64,000 nt of DNA from Methanobacteriota archaeon (lineage in GTDB: Archaea > Thermoplasmatota > Thermoplasmata > SG8-5 > JAGLSY01), in the NCBI GenBank assembly GCA_020696385.1, contig JAEHCQ010000001.1, positions 608,001 through 672,000 of the forward strand, read 5' to 3'. A program made the translations under genes and the position numbers. The stretch's first letter is position 1. Each line of letters starts with the position of its first letter. Shown here piece by piece: positions 58,646 through 64,000 of this stretch. A model generated the notes under the pieces. The model ran no database searches. It worked only from the letters and a program-made list of their open reading frames with translations, and was not told the DNA's origin.

Positions 58646-60322
58646 ATGTCGGATCCAAAAATAGAGAATATCAAGAAAGCGAAGAAGGAATGGGAGAAAG
58701 GAACATATGCAAATGCGGTCAGCAAACATGGTGAGCGCAGGGATGATTTCGTCACAACATCCAGTGTACCGATAAGACCATTACACACGCCGGACGATAT
58801 TGCCGGATTTGACTATATGGAGAAGTTGAACTTCCCTGGTCAATTTCCTTTCACAAGAGGTGTTCAGCCGACCATGCATCGTGGCCGACTTTGGACCATG
58901 CGCCAGTTTGCAGGATTCGGGACAGCGGAGGAGACAAATCAGAGATATAAGTATCTCCTGGCTCACGGAGAAACCGGCCTCAGCGTGGCATTTGATTTCC
59001 CCACCCTTTATGGTAGGGACAGTGACGATCCACTTGCCGAGGGAGAATTTGGCAAGTGTGGTGTTGGCATATCCTCATTGAAAGACATGGAAACTCTCTT
59101 CGACGGCATACCGATGAAAGACGTCAGTACTTCAATGACCATCAATGGACCAGCACCAGTTGTCTGGGCCTTCTATATCGCGGCTGCCGAGAACCAAGGG
59201 GCTTCCAGAGGCCAGATCACGGGAACGATCCAGAATGATATTCTGAAAGAATACATAGCGCAGAAATCATGGATATTCCCTCCAGAGCCATCCATGAGGC
59301 TCATTGTCGATACTTTTGAATTTGGAACCAAGGAAGTTCCGCGATGGAACACGATAAGCATAAGCGGATATCACATTAGGGAAGCGGGATCTACCGCTCT
59401 CCAGGAACTGGCCTTCACATTGGCAGACGGGTTAGCGTATGTCGATGCCGCTATGGAACGTGGTCTGGATCTGGATCAATTCGCTCCCAGATTATCATTC
59501 TTCTTCAATGCACACAATGACCTATTCGAAGAAATAGGTAAATACAGGGCCGCGAGGCGCATCTGGGCAAATGAGATGAAGAAGCGAGGAGCGAAAAAGG
59601 ACAGGACCATGTGGCTGAGGTTCCATACCCAGACCGCCGGTTGTTCGCTAACTGCGCAACAACCGGAAAATAACATTGTCAGAACAACGATCCAAGGACT
59701 GGCTTCCGTGCTCGGTGGTACGCAATCACTCCACACCAACTCAATGGATGAAGCACTGGCACTACCCAGCGAGAAGGCTGTGAAGATCGCTCTCAGAACT
59801 CAGCAGATAATCGCCGAGGAAAGCGGGGTGGTCAATACCATCGATCCTCTGGCAGGTTCCTATTATGTTGAATATATGACCGACTGGATGGAAGAAGGGA
59901 CCTACAAATATTTCGACAAGATCGAGGCTTTGGGCGGAGTTCTCAAAGCCATTGACAAGGGATTCTTCCAGCAGGAGATAGCCAATGCCGCTTTCCAGTA
60001 TCAGAAAGATATCGATAGCGGGGAAAGGACCATAGTGGGTGTCAATGAATATGTGGATGAGAAGGAGAACATCGACATTCCGATACTGAAGATAGATCCA
60101 GAAGGCGAGAAGATCCAATTTGACAGGCTGAATAAAATAAGAAGTACAAGGGATCAGATAAAGACAGATGCCGCATTGGAAGCTCTCAGGAAGGCGGCTG
60201 AAGGAGATGAGAACCTCATGCCCTACATACTGGATGCTGTCAAGAAGCAGGCGACATTGGGAGAGACCTGCGATGCACTGAGAGATATCTTTGGAGAATA
60301 TGAGGAGCCAGCTGTCTTTTGA
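58646..60322 (+). CDS. icmA: B12-dependent acyl-CoA mutase large subunit with isobutyryl-CoA mutase signature (MCM family)
   Basis: WTMRQFAGFG (F88), QNDILKEYIAQK (Q206), ISISGYHIREAG, GGTQSLHTN; no B12-binding domain. Confidence 0.8.
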   Translation: MSDPKIENIKKAKKEWEKGTYANAVSKHGERRDDFVTTSSVPIRPLHTPDDIAGFDYMEKLNFPGQFPFTRGVQPTMHRGRLWTMRQFAGFGTAEETNQRYKYLLAHGETGLSVAFDFPTLYGRDSDDPLAEGEFGKCGVGISSLKDMETLFDGIPMKDVSTSMTINGPAPVVWAFYIAAAENQGASRGQITGTIQNDILKEYIAQKSWIFPPEPSMRLIVDTFEFGTKEVPRWNTISISGYHIREAGSTALQELAFTLADGLAYVDAAMERGLDLDQFAPRLSFFFNAHNDLFEEIGKYRAARRIWANEMKKRGAKKDRTMWLRFHTQTAGCSLTAQQPENNIVRTTIQGLASVLGGTQSLHTNSMDEALALPSEKAVKIALRTQQIIAEESGVVNTIDPLAGSYYVEYMTDWMEEGTYKYFDKIEALGGVLKAIDKGFFQQEIANAAFQYQKDIDSGERTIVGVNEYVDEKENIDIPILKIDPEGEKIQFDRLNKIRSTRDQIKTDAALEALRKAAEGDENLMPYILDAVKKQATLGETCDALRDIFGEYEEPAVF

Positions 60323-60454
60323 TGTGCATTAAATATCTAAATACAGGTATCCGAAATAGGTCTTTTAATGGCTATCAGTTGCGCATTTGATATTGTGCAG
60401 CTGCATTGATCGCACATCAAAATATTTTATATCCAAACACCCATATCACCATCC

Positions 60455-62596
60455 ATGGAAGACCCTCCGGCAGGACGCATCCAACAAGATGATGAAGAAA
60501 AGGATGAGAATTTCATAAGAGCGAATATCCTATCTGAATACGGGAACTACCAGAAAGCGATAGAATATTATGATAAGGCCTCGGACACACTTAAGGATAA
60601 TGATGTGCTCTTCAATAATTACGGTGTGGCACTGGATGCTCTGGGAAGGCATGAAGAGGCCATCGACATGTACGACAATGCTCTAGCCATATCAGCGGAT
60701 TATTCAATCGCCATGTACAATAAGGCAAATTCCCTGACATATCTGGGGGAACTGGATGAGGCACTGGACGTCTATGATCAGGTCATCGCTATTGACCCCG
60801 AATACATGCACGCTTATTATGACAAGGGACTGACATTATCGTCCCTTGGCAGACTGGACGAGGCACTGGAGCTTTATGATGAGATCATCGAACAGGACCC
60901 GGATATACCGGGGCCCTGGATGAGAAAGGGTCTATTACTGGATGCTCAGAGGGACTATGAGGCCGCATTGGAGCATTATGATGTGGCATTGGAGCTTAAC
61001 CCGGATAGTGAAGAGGCTTGGAATGGTAGAGGAAACACACTGTATAATCTCGAAAGGTTCGAGGAGGCCATCGAATCATACGACGAAGCTATTGATGTCA
61101 ATCCTCAAAGCGAGGAGGCTTGGAACAATAAAGGATTCACTTTCTTCATGCTGGGGCTTCATAATGAGGCTTTGAAAAGCTATGATATGGCCATTGATAT
61201 CAATCCGAATTACAAACAAGCCTGGTACAATAAAGGGTACACTTATCATGGAATTGGAAGACTGGAAGAGGCTGTGGAATGTTATGAGGAAGCTCTGAAA
61301 CTGGATCAGAGGGATGAGGTTCTGTGGAACAATATCGGAAATGCATTGTATAATCTTGATAGATGGCAGGAATCTATTCCTTATTTCGAAAAAGGGATAG
61401 AAGTATCGCCTGGCTATGAGATCGCCTGGAACAATATCGGAAATGCTTTGGATAAGATGGCGAAATATGCCGAGGCCCAGCCATACCATGATAAGGCTCT
61501 GGAATTCAAGCCAGATTTTGATTACGCGCTTTATGCGAAGGGATTTGGCCTTGCCAAATTGGGAGATATCGATTATGGATTGGAGCTCATGAACCAATCC
61601 CTCGAATTGAATCCCAATTACGATCATTCATGGCATGCGAAGGGCGAGGTCATGCACTGGATGGGGAAGAAAGAGGAGGCGATCGATGCCATAAATAATT
61701 CCATCATCCTCAACCCCATGTTCATCGAGGCCTGGATCGACAGAGGCAAAATATTCAAAGAAATAGGGAACTATGAGGAGGCGGAGATAAGCTTCAAGGA
61801 AGCATTGAACATTGTGGATAATCTCCTCATGTACGACCATATGGATATCTCCAACCTTGAGAAGAAGGCGGGGCTTTTGAGCACTCTCAAGAGATATGAG
61901 AGGGCGATGGTATGCTATGATCAGGCCATGGGGGCCGAGGATGCGGAGAAATTAAGGATCAAAAAGGCCGAACTCCTGATAACATTCGAGGAATATGATG
62001 AATTACTCGAATGGATCAATGAACTTCCAAATGAGGAAATAGACAGCCAGATATTGTACTTCAAAGCAAGGGCACTCCATGGCCTTGGTGAGATAGACAA
62101 GGCCTTGATCGCACTCACCAATAGCCTTGAAAAAAGTGGAAAGGAAGGATATGATGAAAATATCCATGTATTCAAGGCCAGGCTTCTTGCCGATATGGAG
62201 AGATATGAGGAGAGCATGGTGTGCTTTGCCAGAAAAGGTCTCGGCCCCTCAGCCTTGACTACGAGGGCGGAGATCGAGATGAAAATGGGAAACAATGCAG
62301 ATGCTTTACTATCCCTCGATAAAGCTTTATCAAAGGATAGTACCTGGCTGCCAGCCTGGAAGCTCATGGGCGAGATCGATATCATAAATGGAGATCATAA
62401 AAAAGCACTGGATACTTATGATAATATCCTGGGCATAGATGAGAATTATATATGGGCCTGGCTTGGAAAAGCAATAACATATTTCAAGATGGGGAAGGAT
62501 AAAAAAGCGATGAGCGCCCTTGACATAGTTCTTGATATGGATCCGGAATTGGAACAAGCTAATGATTTGAAAAATGAAATTTTAAAGGCCCGATGA
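60455..62596 (+). CDS. TPR-repeat protein
   Basis: Many 34-aa repeats (AWNNKG, AWYNKG). Confidence 0.88.
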   Translation: MEDPPAGRIQQDDEEKDENFIRANILSEYGNYQKAIEYYDKASDTLKDNDVLFNNYGVALDALGRHEEAIDMYDNALAISADYSIAMYNKANSLTYLGELDEALDVYDQVIAIDPEYMHAYYDKGLTLSSLGRLDEALELYDEIIEQDPDIPGPWMRKGLLLDAQRDYEAALEHYDVALELNPDSEEAWNGRGNTLYNLERFEEAIESYDEAIDVNPQSEEAWNNKGFTFFMLGLHNEALKSYDMAIDINPNYKQAWYNKGYTYHGIGRLEEAVECYEEALKLDQRDEVLWNNIGNALYNLDRWQESIPYFEKGIEVSPGYEIAWNNIGNALDKMAKYAEAQPYHDKALEFKPDFDYALYAKGFGLAKLGDIDYGLELMNQSLELNPNYDHSWHAKGEVMHWMGKKEEAIDAINNSIILNPMFIEAWIDRGKIFKEIGNYEEAEISFKEALNIVDNLLMYDHMDISNLEKKAGLLSTLKRYERAMVCYDQAMGAEDAEKLRIKKAELLITFEEYDELLEWINELPNEEIDSQILYFKARALHGLGEIDKALIALTNSLEKSGKEGYDENIHVFKARLLADMERYEESMVCFARKGLGPSALTTRAEIEMKMGNNADALLSLDKALSKDSTWLPAWKLMGEIDIINGDHKKALDTYDNILGIDENYIWAWLGKAITYFKMGKDKKAMSALDIVLDMDPELEQANDLKNEILKAR

Positions 62597-62623
62597 ACTT
62601 GAGCCTTTAAACATTAAATTGAC

Positions 62624-62941
62624 TCAGTCTGTGGTTCTGAGTATTATTTCTATATTAACGCCGTCTGGAACCTGGATCCTCATGAGCGCTCTAAGAGCTC
62701 TCTCATCCGCATCCAGATCTATAAGGCGTTTGTGCACACGCATTTCCCAGCGTTCCCATGTTTCGGAACCCTCACCATCTGGTGATTTCCTGCATGGAAC
62801 TATGAGGCGTTTTGTTGGCAATGGTATTGGACCACTCATGGCAACGCCTGTTCTCTCAGATATATTCTTTATCTGGATACAGACACTGTCCACCTTCTCA
62901 GGGTCAGTGCCACTAAGTGAGATCCTTGCTTTTTGAGACAA
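62624..62941 (-). CDS. rpsJ: 30S ribosomal protein uS10
   Basis: [27 protein letters not shown]; TTG start with GGGGTG RBS. Confidence 0.95.
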   Translation of the reverse strand: MSQKARISLSGTDPEKVDSVCIQIKNISERTGVAMSGPIPLPTKRLIVPCRKSPDGEGSETWERWEMRVHKRLIDLDADERALRALMRIQVPDGVNIEIILRTTD

Positions 62942-62984
62942 ACTTACACCCCGTCAAACAAAAAAAGAAAAGGGAAGGAGATCC

Positions 62985-64000
62985 TTACATCTCCTTCTTT
63001 TCTACATCTATGCACATTCCAGCTGCAACAGTCTGACCCATGTCCCTGATGGCGAATCTTCCCAACTGTGGGAATTCCTTTGCCTTCTCAATGACGAATG
63101 GTCTTGACGGCTGCAACTTGACTATTGCTGCATCTCCGGTCTTGAGGAACTGTGGGTTCTCCTCGCTCACTTCACCAGTCCTTGGGTCGAGCTTCTTCTG
63201 AAGTTCGATAAAGGTACATGCGACCTGAGCTGTGTGGCAGTGGAACACTGGTGTGTAACCGACTGTCAGAACCGACGGGTGGTTAAGAACCATGATCTGA
63301 GCAGTGAAGGTCTTTGCCACGGACGGTGGGTTGTCCACTGGTCCAGCGACATCCCCTCTGCGGATATCGTTCTTTCCAATTCCTCTAACATTGAATCCAA
63401 CATTGTCACCTGGCTCTGCCTTTGGCAGAATTTCGTGGTGCATTTCGATCGACTTTACTTCGCCGACCTTGTTAGATGGCATGAAGACCAGCTTCATATC
63501 TGGCTTCAATGTACCTGTCTCCACCCTACCGACCGGAACTGTTCCGATACCTGTGATGGTATAGACATCCTGAACTGGAACCCTAAGTGCGAGGTTTGTG
63601 GATTTTGGAGGCTCTTTGAGATCATTGAGCTGCTGCAACAGAGTGTTGCCCTTATACCAACCAGCCATCTCGCCAGCGTCCTTTGCTGCATTGTCGCCCT
63701 TGATAGCACTGACTGGAACAAAGTTCACCTGGTCATCCTTGTAACCAACTGACTTTACCAGCTTTGTGACTTCCTCAACGACTGCTTTGTATTTGGCCTC
63801 ATCATAGCCAATTGCATCCATCTTGTTGATGGCGACAATAAGCTGTGCGACACCCAAAGTCCTTGCAAGGAACACGTGCTCCTTTGTCTGAGCCATGACA
63901 CCTTCTGGTCCGGCAACGACCAGCACTGCGGCATCTGCCTGGCTGGTACCGGTTATCATGTTCTTGACGAAATCCCTGTGACCAGGTGCGTCAATAATTG
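62985..64000 (-). CDS. tuf: Translation elongation factor EF-1alpha (5' part outside the window)
   Basis: [47 protein letters not shown]. Confidence 0.97.
   Translation of the reverse strand, partial: IIDAPGHRDFVKNMITGTSQADAAVLVVAGPEGVMAQTKEHVFLARTLGVAQLIVAINKMDAIGYDEAKYKAVVEEVTKLVKSVGYKDDQVNFVPVSAIKGDNAAKDAGEMAGWYKGNTLLQQLNDLKEPPKSTNLALRVPVQDVYTITGIGTVPVGRVETGTLKPDMKLVFMPSNKVGEVKSIEMHHEILPKAEPGDNVGFNVRGIGKNDIRRGDVAGPVDNPPSVAKTFTAQIMVLNHPSVLTVGYTPVFHCHTAQVACTFIELQKKLDPRTGEVSEENPQFLKTGDAAIVKLQPSRPFVIEKAKEFPQLGRFAIRDMGQTVAAGMCIDVEKKEM

Overview
Archaeal chromosomal segment, most likely an uncultured Thermoplasmatota (sediment-type Thermoplasmata). The assignment is inferred from DP1, family B polymerase, aTrm56 plus HD gene, EF-1alpha/uS10 and bifunctional PurH. 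Contents: two paralogous giant cell-surface proteins (2219 and about 2553 aa) built from beta-helix, PKD and Ig modules plus inserted modules resembling the phage tail-sheath DUF3383 outer domain; a complete 10-gene siroheme-dependent (Ahb) heme operon head-to-head with a DsrE/F/H-TusA-DsrE2 sulfur-relay cluster, between tRNA-Cys and tRNA-Ser; a FolC-endonuclease III fusion; two STAND-ATPase/TPR proteins with a longin/roadblock-like domain inserted in the ATPase, flanking polB; class II RNR; a B12 mutase with isobutyryl-CoA-mutase signature residues; and housekeeping genes. The most unexpected non-coding signal is a structured intergenic repeat of about 90-140 nt in three copies, each directly followed by a duplicate of a different sequence lying just upstream (tRNA-Ser 3' end, the MFS gene start, the end of a second REP-like repeat). 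No transposase, integrase or CRISPR array is visible. All calls come from reading the sequence; no database searches were run.
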